Positions 51,329-64,000 of a stretch of DNA of 64,000 nt are shown here, piece after piece. A model generated the notes under the pieces. That model was not told where the DNA came from and made no database searches. It saw nothing but the letters and a program-made list of their open reading frames with translations. The translations under genes and the position numbers were made by a program. This DNA is from Neocallimastix sp. 'constans' (lineage: Eukaryota). The stretch spans positions 434,001-498,000 of the forward strand of contig JBODTK010000014.1 in NCBI GenBank assembly GCA_050613775.1. The letters run 5' to 3'. Position 1 is the stretch's first letter. The number at the start of each line of letters is the position of its first letter.

Positions 51329-51477
51329 AAAAAGAAAAAGATAAAAAAAAAAAAAAAAAAAGAAAAAGAAAAAGATAAAAAAAAAAAAAAAAAAAAAAGG
51401 AAAAAAAAATTTTTTTTATTATTTTGTATTTAATTATTTTCTAATTAAAGAAGAAGATATATAAATTATAAAATATG

Positions 51478-51512
<35 letters not shown>

Positions 51513-51565
51513 TTTTTTATTTTATATTTAATTATTTTCTAATGAAAGAAGATATAAATTGTAAA

Positions 51566-51608
<43 letters not shown>

Positions 51609-51758
51609 AGAGAGAGAAAACTAAATAAATAAAAATTAAAAGACCTGTTATATTTGAACATTTTAATATTAATAATTATAAATAAAAAAAAATTAAAAAA
51701 AAAAAAAAAAAAAACTTTATTAGTTTTATCATTATTATTATTATATATAAATAACATA

Positions 51759-51804
<46 letters not shown>

Positions 51805-51880
51805 TTAATTATTATTATTATTATTATTATTATATAATATATTGTATATTTAAATTTTTTAATTTTTTTTTAATTATTTA

Positions 51881-51931
<51 letters not shown>

Positions 51932-52261
51932 TTTTTTTGAACACAAAAAACATTATCTCTAACAACAGATTTACTGTGATGATGATGATAACTGACACTG
52001 TCATAAATTAATAATAATAAACATCTCTTGAAATTTTATACTTTTTTTTTTTTTTTTTTTTTTTATATATATATTTGCAAATACTAACCAGGAGCGTCCA
52101 TCCATCAATACTGAAAATGCAGTTAAGATAGGCTAGCTAGTACTAGTATAAGACAGGGCAGGAAACCCAATGCCTCTTTGAAAGGAGAAGAAGAAGAAGA
52201 TTATAATTTCTTTTTTTTCAAATCGTCTATTCAAACCCTCATCCATAAAAGGGAGGTGAGG

Positions 52262-52445
52262 TGAGGTTCATTGCAAAGGAACCTTTTTTTTTTTTTTTTT
52301 TTCTGAATTTTTTTATATACTTTTTCATTTTGAATATTAACTTTTTTTTTTTTTTTCTGAATTTATTTATATACTTTTTCATTTTGAATATTAACTTTTT
52401 TTTTTTTTTTCTGAATTTATTTATATAGTTTTTCATTTTGAACTT
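52262..52445. repeat. Three tandem ~55-bp units
   Basis: (T)n-CTGAATTT...TATATAC/GTTTTTCATTTTGAA repeated three times. Confidence 0.8.
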
Positions 52446-52948
52446 TTTTTTTTTTTTTATTTCACATTATTATTTGAAATATTATTATATTATATTCTAA
52501 TTGGACAGATAATATTTATTTATTTTTATTTTTTTATTTTTTTTTTTTTTTTTTTTATTTTTCTTTTTTCTTTTATTAATCCTGTGTATTTTTTTTTAAA
52601 AAAAAAAAAAAATAAAAAATAAAAAATATTCATGTAGTTAATAAATAAATAAATAAATAAATAAAGATTAAAGTTAGCAATAATAATTGTGGCTCTAAAA
52701 AAAAATTAATAAAAAAGAAATCTCATAAAGAGGCATAAGAAATATAATAATTTCAAAAGAAAAAAAAAAAAAAAAAAAAAAAAGAATAGAAAAGAAACTT
52801 GTTTCATTAGGTTACTCTTCTTTTTAGGTTTTATCTATCACTTGATCTTTTTAGATTTCATTAATGAATTTTTTCTTTTTCTTTTTTTTTTTTTTTTTTT
52901 TTTAATAATATTCAGTAATAAAATAAGGACTCTTTCCTTATTACCTAC

Positions 52949-52986
<38 letters not shown>

Positions 52987-53253
52987 ATGAAGAATATGAA
53001 AGAAAAAAATTTTTTATCAATAAATATATTTATTTATTTATTTATTTATTTTACATTGACATTTACATCATTCCCTTCCCTTGGTGGAATTTTTTTCAGT
53101 TTTAGACGAGCAGTAGTTACAAATTCGATAATTTCGATACTAGGAGGAGGGAGGAATGGAACGGAGGACAGACATAGAAGAGACATAGGAGAGACATTTT
53201 TAAGTGAGTTACACTTTAAACAGTTTCACAAAGGGTCTACTATTCCCTATATA

Positions 53254-53288
<35 letters not shown>

Positions 53289-54302
53289 ATAGGACTTTTG
53301 CGTCGTCGTTATCTTGTTTACTTACTTAAAAACAATACCTATCATTCATGAGTTGCTCTCTCTCTTCTCTTCTTCCTCTTCTTTTTTTAAGTTTACTTTT
53401 TTTTTTTATGATCGATTTAGTTAAGTAAAGCAAGATATATTTTTCAGTATACCAAAGGAACGCCAACAGTTGTACCAGCAGTGTAGTGATATGGTTTAAG
53501 GAACAATACTCTTAGTAATCCTATTGTTATATATATATATATTTTTTTTTTCAGACAAAAATTGTGTTGGTTATATTTGTAAATACTAACCAACAGTCTA
53601 GTTTCGTTTTCATAGAATCTACATAACAATAATTAATAAGAGAAAGAGAGTAATTCTCTTAAATAAGAATATTTATATAAATTTTTTAGAGAGGGGGGGG
53701 AGGAGGGAAAGTTTACTGGCCAACCACACTCTCAATTTTTAAAAAAGTTAATTTCTTTTTTTCTTTGTATTATTATTATTATTTTTTTTTTTTTTTAGAT
53801 TTAAATGGTGATCATGTCACTACCATATAATATACATCACACAGAAGTTTTTTTTTTTTTTAAAACTTTTGAACTTATTTTTACTCTATATTACATTAAA
53901 ATTTTCAATGATTAATAATAATTTTTTTTTTTTTTTTTTTTTTTAATTTTTATTATTATTTTTTTATTTTTATTTTTACTTAATCTTTTATGTAACATTT
54001 TATTTCTACCTTTAAATTATATATTATATATATATTTTTATAAAAAAAAAAAATTGATAATCCATAAAAATATAATTATCTATTTCTATTGCAAAAAAAA
54101 AAGGCTCTGGAAATGTTATTCTCTTCCCCCTAGTCTAAATAAATAAATAAAAAAAAAAAAAAAAAAAAAAAAAACGAACTAAGGTTCTATCCCTTGTTGT
54201 TAGTTTCGCCTCCTATGACCATTTTCTAGGTTTTCCTCCCAAGTGGTTTTTACTGAATAATGGCGGTTAGGGTTAGAGGTAAATATATCTGGAGGAATCT
54301 AG

Positions 54303-54545
54303 GGGAGAGTTGCATTTCCCCAAATTGCATTTCGACAAGTGGAGTATTGATATAAATAAATGAATAAATAAATATAAATTCAAAATAATTTTTTTTAAAA
54401 TTGTTTTTATTCGATATTAATAATATTTAATTTATTTATTTATTTATTTAATAATTTTCAATTTGGCGAAATGCCACATTTTTTTAATACGCCACATGCT
54501 TTCAAAAAAATGGCGAAATGCAGCCTGGCGAAATGCCCTTTTAAG
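54303..54545. mobile_element. Possible MITE relic with repeated inverted subterminal motifs
   Basis: Left GCATTTCCCC and GCATTTCGAC versus right GGCGAAATGC three times, around an AT-rich core; no target-site duplication identified. Confidence 0.4.
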
Positions 54546-54750
54546 GAAAGTTAGGGTTAGGAACTTGGAGAAAGTACTTTGAGAAAAAAAAAAAAAAAAA
54601 AAAAAGAAAACCGTACTAGAAAATTTCTCAGCAATACTAAGTATGTCCGAGTGCGGATGATGAACACTCCGTTAAGGCCGTTCAGCAGGGAAATTATCTA
54701 CTTACATATAGAAGTGTGTGACTACCTTAATATTTCCACTGCCCAGAAAT
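54538..54750 (-). ncRNA. Unidentified structured element, copy 2 (candidate ncRNA)
   Basis: Shares ordered blocks GTTAGGAAC, TGGAGA, TACTAGAAAATT, AGCAATA, ATGTC and TGAACACTC with 23653-23840. Confidence 0.4.
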
Positions 54751-54963
54751 AAAAAAAATAATTATAATAACAGAGGTTACCATCACCACCATTATTTTCA
54801 CTATCCTTTTTTTTTTTTTTTTTTTATTATTTAACAAACCTTTTGTTTCTGATTTAAAAAAAGTTATAAGAAAAAATAATAAAAAGGATAAAAAAAAAAT
54901 AAAAAATTATTTTCTAATATAAATACCCTCTTTATTCTTTTTCAATTTTTAGGTTTAATTTTA

Positions 54964-55010
<47 letters not shown>

Positions 55011-57593
55011 CTAATTTAACAAATTATCATTAATAATAAAAAAAATAAATAAAAATAAAAAAAAAAAAAAAAGAGAAAAAATAAATTTTTATTATTATAA
55101 TCTTTGAATGGAATTGAATTGAATAATTTAAATAAAATAATATTATTTAAATAATAAAAATAAAGAATAAAAAAATTTTTATTCATCAAAAAATAATTAT
55201 TCCACCAAATCAAACTTTTAAAAAATAAAAATAAAAATAAATAACAATGAATAGAGAATAAAATTTTATTTTATTCTCATTTCATTGTTATTTTATTCTG
55301 TATTGTATATTCCATATATTCTCTGTTCATTGTTATTTTATTCTGTATCTATATTAAAATATATTCATTGTTATTTTATTATTTTATTCTGTTCATTATT
55401 GAATTATATTGTGGCATTAATATAAGAATAAAATGTTTATATTTTATTTTATAATTTATTTTATATATATATTTTTTTATAATTTATAAAATTTAGTGTT
55501 AATTGATTATACTAAATAAGGAAATTTTAATTTATTTTTATTTTTTAAAAAAAAAATATAAAAAATTTAAAAAAATATAAAAATTTTAAAAAATTAAAAA
55601 TATATAAAAAAATATAAAAAAAAATATAAAAAATTTTTAAATCTATATGTTTTAGTTTAAGACATAACAAAAATATTTATAATTAATTTTTTTTCTTTAA
55701 TATTTTATATATAAGTTATAATATTAACTGGTATAATTAATCATTATAAAATATATTTTAATTATTCACCATAAAATATGAATTGATTATATTTGATTAT
55801 ATTATAAAAAAATGAGTAAAACTATTTTATAATATTATACTTTGTGACTTTTTTTTTGTTAAATTTTTAGGTCACAATATTATTATTTTTTAATTTTCAT
55901 TAATGTATAACATTTTTTTTTTAACCTTTTTTCAATAGATGAAAAAAAAAAAAAAAAACAATTTAAAAATTAAAAATACAAAACAAAAACTTATTCACAT
56001 TTGATTTGATTATTAAATATTAATTGATTATTATTTAATTGATTATTATTCAATCTATTAATATTAATAATATTATTATTCATCAAATTGTTAAATATAG
56101 ATTGAATTAAAAGTATTAAGATGAAATTATTATTATAGTAGATGTAGTATAATTAAAATTATATACTTACTATTTATTTATTCATTTATATTATTATTAT
56201 TTATTCATTTATATATTTATCAATTTATTTAATTTATTTAATAATGATGAAATTAAAAAAAAATTTTTTTACTTTATTTTAAAATTTAGGTTGTCTTTGT
56301 CTAAAAAAAAAGGGTATAAAATTTTATTAAATAAATATAAAATATATGAAATATAATTTTTTTAGTATTTATTGTCATATATTGTTAATTATTTATTTTT
56401 TATACTTATAATGATGGCTAAATTTGATAAAAGATTAGAATAAAGTTTGAATCGCCACTTCCATTAATAAAAAAATTAATTTAGAAGAAAAAAAATTTTT
56501 ATTTTTTCTATTTTTCATTTTTTTTTTATTTCTTTTTCTATTTTTTTTTTCTTTTCTCTAATTCTGCCTATTTATCTATTTATTTATTTATTTATTTTAA
56601 ATTTTAAATTGAATAAAAAACCATTAAATATAAGATAATATGAGATAATAAAATATAAGATGTAATTATAGTGAATAGAACAAAATATTATAAATAATAA
56701 AAACAATTTTTTATTAATTTTTTATTACTAAATTTTTCTTCTTTTCTATATGTCTTTAATTATCATTTATGATTTTTTTATATTTACAATTTTTTATTTA
56801 TAATTTCTATTTTTGAAAATTCTTTTTTTTTAATTTTTATAATATATATTAAAACAAATTCTAAAGATAAAATTGAAAAGATAAAAAAAAAAAAAAAAAA
56901 GAAAAAAAGGAAAAATTGACTTTTATTTATAATACTTTTATTTTAAAAATTTAAAAATTTAATTTTTATTTATTTTATTAATTTATTTTTATTTCATTTT
57001 TATTTTATTTTATTATGTGATGACACCATCTTCAACTATTATGATGAGATCATTTATTAAAAGAAAAAAAAATAATTTGAATAGTCATAAAAATTTAGGC
57101 TTTATTGGTTATTTATTTTTAATATTTTAAAATATTTTTATTAATTATTATGTATTTTTTATTTTAAAATATTTTTATTAATTATTATATATTTTTTATT
57201 TTTATTAATTATTATAGTTTTTTTTTATTTTTTATTTTTATTAATTATTATAGTTTTTTATTTTTTTAGGCTTCTCAAAAAAAGAATAAAAAATATGGAA
57301 TATATATTGCCAATATTTTCCATTCTAATGTTTTTATTTATATTTTATATATTACTTTATAATTCATTTCCATTTATTTGTATTGCTTTGCATTGATTAT
57401 GATTGGATGGATTAAATGATTAATCATTTAATAAACTTTATTTAATAATAAAATTATTTTAGAATAGAATAAAAAAAAAGGCATAAATTATATATAAAAT
57501 ATTAAATATTAAATATTAAATATTAAACATTTAATAATATTTAATAAATATAAATATAACTTATATTTAGAATGGGAATAAAAAATTATCTAA

Positions 57594-57644
<51 letters not shown>

Positions 57645-58380
57645 AATAGTAAATAAATAAATAAATAAATAAAATAGTAAATTGTTTTGTAATAATTTTC
57701 TATTTCCATTATTAGACTGGATTAGATAATTAGTTCTTATGGCAACGGAATCATTCTCTTCTTAAGTTATAAGTAACAATTATAATAACAAACAAACAAA
57801 CAAAATATGTTATTTATTTCTATTATTATAAATGAGAATGAAAAGCATTGAAATAGAAGTTTATTTCAAAAATTATATTTTTCATATTAATAATCCTAAA
57901 GAAATTTATTTGAATGAGCAAAGAAAAGATAGAAAAAAGTAAAAATAAAAAAAAATAAAAATAATTGAATATGAATATGTCAATAAATTTAATGAAAATA
58001 AAATTTTTATTTTTATTTTATTTTATTTTAAAAATTGAAATTAATTAATTGAAAAAGGAAAAAAATAAATTTATTTTCTTTTAAAAAGATAAAAAGAAGA
58101 AAAGAGCCTTTCTTCACTTCTTTTCCTTTAATAATAATAATATCATTATTATTCTAAAGAATATAAACAAAAACAAAAAAAAAAATAAAATAAAAAATAT
58201 AAGAACATTAAAGCCAACAAAAGAATAATAATAATAGTAATAATTATAAAGTCTATTTATTTGTAAGTAGCTTTTCATATAACCATCAAACTCTTTTTTT
58301 AAAGTCTTCACATATTTGTTACGATTTTGATAATAAGAATTTATTAATTCTTTATCAAAATAAATTTTTATAATTAATTA

Positions 58381-58580
58381 TTTATTCAATTATTTATTTA
58401 TACATTCAATTAATTAATTAATTATTTATTCAATTATTTATTTATACATTCAATTAATTAATTAATTATTTATTCAATTATTTATTTATACATTCAATTA
58501 ATTAATTAATTATTTATTCAATTATTTATTTATACATTCAATTAATTAATTAATTATTTATTCAATTATTTATTTATTCA
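58381..58580. repeat. 44-bp minisatellite, ~4.5 copies
   Basis: Unit TTTATTCAATTATTTATTTATACATTCAATTAATTAATTAATTA. Confidence 0.9.
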
Positions 58581-59469
58581 AATATTTTATTAATGAAAAA
58601 TAAACATTCATCATTAATTAATTATTATTTGATTCATCATCAAAATTTATTCCATTTTATGAAGTTTTTTTTTTTTTTAATTTATTCCAAATTTTTTAAA
58701 CTTTAACTGATAATAAATATTTTAACCAATGAACATTCAGCAATTATTTGTATGACTTTTACAAATATTTATTTAATTAATTAATTATTTATTCATTGAA
58801 TTAATTAAATAATTAAGTAATTGATTATTTATTTATTCATTCATTTAATATCATCAAATAAAAAAATAGTTTATTATTCAATTATATTTCTATTTATTTA
58901 TTTATTTATTCTATTATTTATTTATTTATTTATTTATTTTTATATTAATTAAAATTTAATAATGTGAAAAATAAATAATAAAAATAATAAAAATATTTAA
59001 TAAATAAATAGAAAATAGAAAATAGAAAAATAATTGAATAATGAAATTTTGATATAAATAAAACTTCTTTTTTCTCATTTTTTTTTTTTTTTCTTTTTTA
59101 ATACTTTGCAAAAATTTTTTTTAATTTTTTATATTCTTAATCACATATCACATAATTCCTTTTTGAAATTATTATTTTTTTTTAATCTTTAAAAAAAAAT
59201 ATCAAAAATTAATTAAAAATTAAAAAAAAAAATATTCATAAATAATTTTAGATTTTATTTAAAAAAATAATTAAAACTAAATTTATTTAAATAATAAGAA
59301 GACTACTGTTTAGAAATTATTTTTTTTTATCGGGATAAATACTTATAAAAGAAACTATATTTTTAAACAAACTAAAAACAAACAAACAAACAAATATAAA
59401 AAAATCAAAATATCAAATATAAATAATAATATTTAAGTTTAATTAAATAAAAAAAAAAAAGTATTAAAG

Positions 59470-60435
59470 ATGGCCTCAACTACTACTTCTGAAACTCCAG
59501 CTACTCACACTTTCAGAGATGTTGCCATTGAAAAATTTAACCAAGTTAAATCTACTTCTTTGGGATACTATGAAACTTCAAAGGGCTATGTTAAGGAAAA
59601 TCCATTCTTAAGTATCGCTATTGCCGGTACTGCTTTTGTTACTTCTTTACCATTATTCTTTGTTATTTCTACCTTCTTATTCATCTTATTATGTGTTTCT
59701 TCTGTCTTCTTTGTTGTTTTCTCCATCATGGCTACTATTGCTGGTAAATATTTATTTATTTATTTTTATTTAATACTTTTTTTACATAAAGGAAAAAAAA
59801 ATAATAATAAATGGATATAATATAAAATAAAATAATGATATAAAATAAAATTATAATATATATGAAAAATTATTAATATAAATATTTGAATGTTATATAA
59901 AATTTTATATAATTGTTTGAATGTTTATATTAATATTAGAATGTTAAAAAATTTAATAATAATAATAATAATAATAATAATATATAATATTAATTCTTTT
60001 TTTTTTTTAATTTCTTTTTTTTTTTAATTGGTAATAATAGGTATTGTTTTATTTATTCCAGTTACCATTACTCTCGGTACTTTAATATTCTATTACGCCT
60101 TATATTACTTGGCTTACAACACCTACTCCAAGGTTGCTGTTACTTTAAGTGAAGACAGTGATGCTACTTTCAGTATTAAATTAGTTGTTGACTCTTTAAT
60201 TAAGACTATTAAGGAATTTGGTGAACATATTCGTGACTACTACAACAAAATTATTGGTTTTGTTATTTTAAAGTTTGGTGCCTTAAAGCTTGAAGAATTA
60301 AAAAGAAATGTTAACTTTGATGGCATAAAAACTAAAAAGGATGAAGTCATCCAAAAGATTAGAAGTTTAAGAGCTAATAAGGCTGAAGCTCAAAAGGCTA
60401 CTGTTCCAGAAAAATTAGCTGAAAAGGAAGAATAA
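59470..60435 (+). CDS. Hydrophobic-hairpin membrane protein, promethin/LDAF1-like; exons 59470-59743 and 60041-60435
   Basis: In-frame GT-AG intron; a long continuous hydrophobic stretch (NPFLSIAIAG...SLPLFFV...GIVLFIPV...) between polar ends. The family call is from pattern only. Confidence 0.7.
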
Positions 60436-61921
60436 ATAAAAAAAATTATTCTTTACCTAATCTTTCTATTAAAAAAATTAAAAAAAAAATATAAATAATT
60501 GTTTTTTCTAAAGTAGAAAAACATTAAAAAAGAAATAACGACATATAATATAATTAAGAAAAAATAATTTTTTTTAAAAAAGAAAAAAAATTAAAAACCA
60601 AAATAGTAATAATAATAATAAAAAAAAAAAAAGATAAATTTTTTTCATTCTAAAATATTATTCATTTTTCTTTTACTTCATATTATTATTTTATAAATTA
60701 TATTAATAGAATAACAAATATCAATATATTATTAAATTAAAGTTTATATATTTTGTAATTAAATTTATTTATTCTTATAATATATATCATTAATATCCAT
60801 TCTAATATTTTATGAAAATTTAATATTAAAAGGAAAACAAACAAAAAAACAAACAAACAAAAAAAAAAGAGATAATTTAGCAAGGAAAATTTTTGGTAAT
60901 AATTTAAACAAAGTAATAATATTTTTGACATCTAAAGAAAAAAATAATATCTGATAAACATACATAGGATTTCTATTATTATATAGATAATTATATTTTT
61001 ATTTTTTTAAAAAAAAAAATGAAAAGAAAAATGAAGAATGAAAAATTTTATCATCCATTTCATTTTTTTTTTTTTTTTTTATTATAATTTATTCATTAAT
61101 TTTATTTTCTTTTTTTAAATAAATAAAATATAACAATATTTATTTATAACTTAATAAAAATTTAATCATAAATCATAAATAACCAAAAATATCTTATAAA
61201 GAAGAGATAAAAAAATTTATAAATAATATATAAAAGTTTATGTGTTAAAGTATTAATTTATAAAGTTTAAAAAATATATATATATATATATATATATTTT
61301 CTTTTATGTTTTCGTTTTGTATATTTGTTTGTTTAATTTCCCCAATGAAGTGGACTGTTTTTCCAGGTCCATGGAGGGTTGATGGAAAAGGAATAACCTA
61401 TATCAGGTGTACTAATTACAGCTTTCTGTGATTCTGATGATAATCAATGGTTATCCTTTCTAAAGTGGCTTCTAGTACGAAGAGAGAAATCTGGAATACT
61501 GGAAGACTGTAGAAAGTGAACTTGACGTTCTATAATGTCTTAAACTGGATATGTAGTAACATTGGAGTTGTATAATTAATAATATCATGTAGTTTCTACA
61601 TATTATCATTGTAATGAATCTATTGTATTTTTTACTTTAGCATTTTTTTTTTTTTGTATATGTTTTTTTCTATAGTATTATTTATATTCTCATGTAGCTA
61701 TTGTAAAATGGAAATGTAGGAGATTGATTCACTCCAAAGCTTGTGTTTGAGACATTATTTAACGGATGGGAATCTTTTTATAGTTTTTCACAACTATTAT
61801 TTCATTAACATTTAAATTTTATATTATATATGATTATTTTACAGAAATTTTTACATAAAACAGGAATTTATAACATTTATTCAACGTCTATCTTTTAAGA
61901 GTATTCACAATTTTTCTTAAT

Positions 61922-61961
<40 letters not shown>

Positions 61962-62316
61962 AAGAAAGAAAAAAACATAACTTAGTATCAGAATAATTGT
62001 CCAACATGCTGCCCTTGTTGTGGTGAGAGGCAACAGTATGCCTAGGTTTTTTTTTTTACACATTAGGATACTTTGATGCTCAAAAAAATTTATTTGAATT
62101 TGAATTTGAATTATTTCATTTAATTGTTCATAAGAAATCTTTGAACATTCCTGATGATAATATGAATTTTTTATAAGTACTTGTGCCTTCTTCTTGGACG
62201 GAAATACAGTGTATTGAAATCTTTAAAGATTGGCCCAAAAGGGGAAAGAAAAAACATTATTATTAATCGTATCATTCCATCTACCTTTCACCTTCCAGAG
62301 GGAGTCTTTTTTCCCG

Positions 62317-62347
<31 letters not shown>

Positions 62348-62609
62348 ATATTTATTTATATTTTTTTATATTTATTTATTTATTTATTTAGATACTTAAT
62401 TATTTAATTATTTATTTTTTTAGATACTTATTTATCAATTTATTTATCAATTTATTTATTTATGTTTAAATATTAAAATAAATAAATAAAAAAAATTTTC
62501 AATGATTATAATAAATATTGTTTCTAAAAAATAATATATAATAAGTAAATATTATTATTCATTTATTTTATTGTCTTTTCTTTTCTTTATATATATATAT
62601 ATAAAGTAA

Positions 62610-62642
<33 letters not shown>

Positions 62643-62922
62643 TGAAATTACCCTTTTAATAGAAATTTAAAACATATTATCTGTAATATGCTTTAAATTT
62701 CTATTATTATTAAATAGGTTAGAGTTTATTATTATGATGATGATAACGATGATGATATAATATATATATTATTAATAAATTTTAAATTTTTTTTATGATA
62801 TAAAAATTAAAATATATAAATATATGGTGTTATATATTTTAATTTTTATATTTATATATTTAATTTTAATTTTAATTTTTATTTTTAATTTTTATTATTA
62901 TTTTATTTTTTAATGTTTAAAT

Positions 62923-63695
62923 TTAATTTGGGACATTAATCATGATCTTATCCTTTCCTGGGACTATTAAAAGTTTATCTGTTCCATTAGCAAATTCAAC
63001 GGGAAGGGTGGCTTTCGAATTCTTGAAGTTTTGACTTATTTAATATGAAATAAATAAAAAAAAAAAAAAAAAAAGAAAAAAGGAAAAGGGAAAGAAATAT
63101 AAAAATAAAAATAAAAATAAAAATAAAATAAAATAAAAATAAAATAAAATAAAATAAAATAAAATAAAATAAAAAAAAAAAAGGTATAAGTTAAGTATTA
63201 TTATTATAATTATTATTATTACTATTAATAATAATAGTAAGAGTAGTAGTAGTAGTAGTAATAGTAGTAATACTAGTTATTTAATAGTCAAGTTTTATTA
63301 TTATTTTTTTTATTTTTTTTTATTTCTTTATATTATTTTTTATTTCTTTATTATTTTTTTAATTTAATACTTACTTATCATTAACGGTAATCTTAATATC
63401 TTTACCCTTCTTCTTGGCTGCTATATAAATTTGAGTAACAGCCTCGATACATTTATTATCCGTTCTAATTATTAAGTCCCCCTTCTTATCAGAGGTATGG
63501 AAAATAATAATTCCATCTTTTTTGGTGGAACAGCCAATTTCTGAAATATTGGCTAAAGGTATCCTATCCTTTAATCCAACCGCGGTGGTAATTAGATAGA
63601 GATCATTCTCGGTCACGACGGCTTTTCTGGGAACTTCTTTTGATGGCTTTCTTCGATGGAATTTTGTACAATCAAAGCTTTGTACTACCTTTGAA

Positions 63696-63740
<45 letters not shown>

Positions 63741-64000
63741 TTTTGTATAATATATATTATTATCATTATAGATTATAAGTATAAAAAAAAAAAAAAAAAA
63801 AAAACAAAGAAAAATTTTAAAATAAATATATATATATATTTTTTTAAATTAATCTTTAATTTTTTTAATATACTTTTTTTTTTAAATAATTTATATATAT
63901 ATATAATAAATATATGATTTATGAAATTGAGAATAATAATAATAAGAAAAATAAATAAAAAAAAAAAAAGAAAAGAAAAACTTACTATCCGTGCATATCT
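62923..64000 (-). CDS. 3' end of a myosin-I tail (TH1) domain protein; continues beyond the window
   Basis: CTKFHRRKPSKEVPRKAVVTENDLYLI...KDRIPLANISEIGCSTKKDGIIIFH...KGDLII (TH1/PH-like fold); last exon ends ...KIMINVPN* at 62923. Confidence 0.75.

Noticed and set aside
55240..55410. Short direct and inverted TTCATTGTTATTTTATT repeats
   Set aside because: Low complexity with no definable termini.
57015..57060. C/D box snoRNA-like GTGATGA (also near 51976)
   Set aside because: No properly spaced terminal CTGA box or closing stem.
61340..62300. GC-richer patches that may be a decayed element or gene
   Set aside because: The frames I checked (61340-61570, both strands) are interrupted and no motif could be assigned.

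Overview
Extremely AT-rich, homopolymer- and microsatellite-laden, intron-rich eukaryotic DNA. Composition and gene content suggest an anaerobic gut fungus (Neocallimastigomycota), which is an inference. The first ~17.5 kb is a nest of LTR retrotransposons. It holds copia and gypsy relics, a chromovirus tail, several single LTRs and one young two-LTR gypsy element whose reverse transcriptase core is deleted in frame. The remainder carries spliced host genes reconstructed by hand: APC11, a DEK-C/double-SWIB protein, an RNF121/175-like RING ligase, a PH-REM-CDC25 RasGEF, AP-1 sigma, a TM-SH3 protein, alpha-actinin, a promethin-like protein and a myosin TH1-domain tail. The most notable observations concern splicing: an apparent single-nucleotide exon in APC11 (position 18829), a 4-nt exon in the RING gene and a U12-type AT-AC intron in the RasGEF. 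Two diverged copies of an unidentified ~200-nt structured element lie 31 kb apart. Most short ORFs in the supplied track are low-complexity artefacts.
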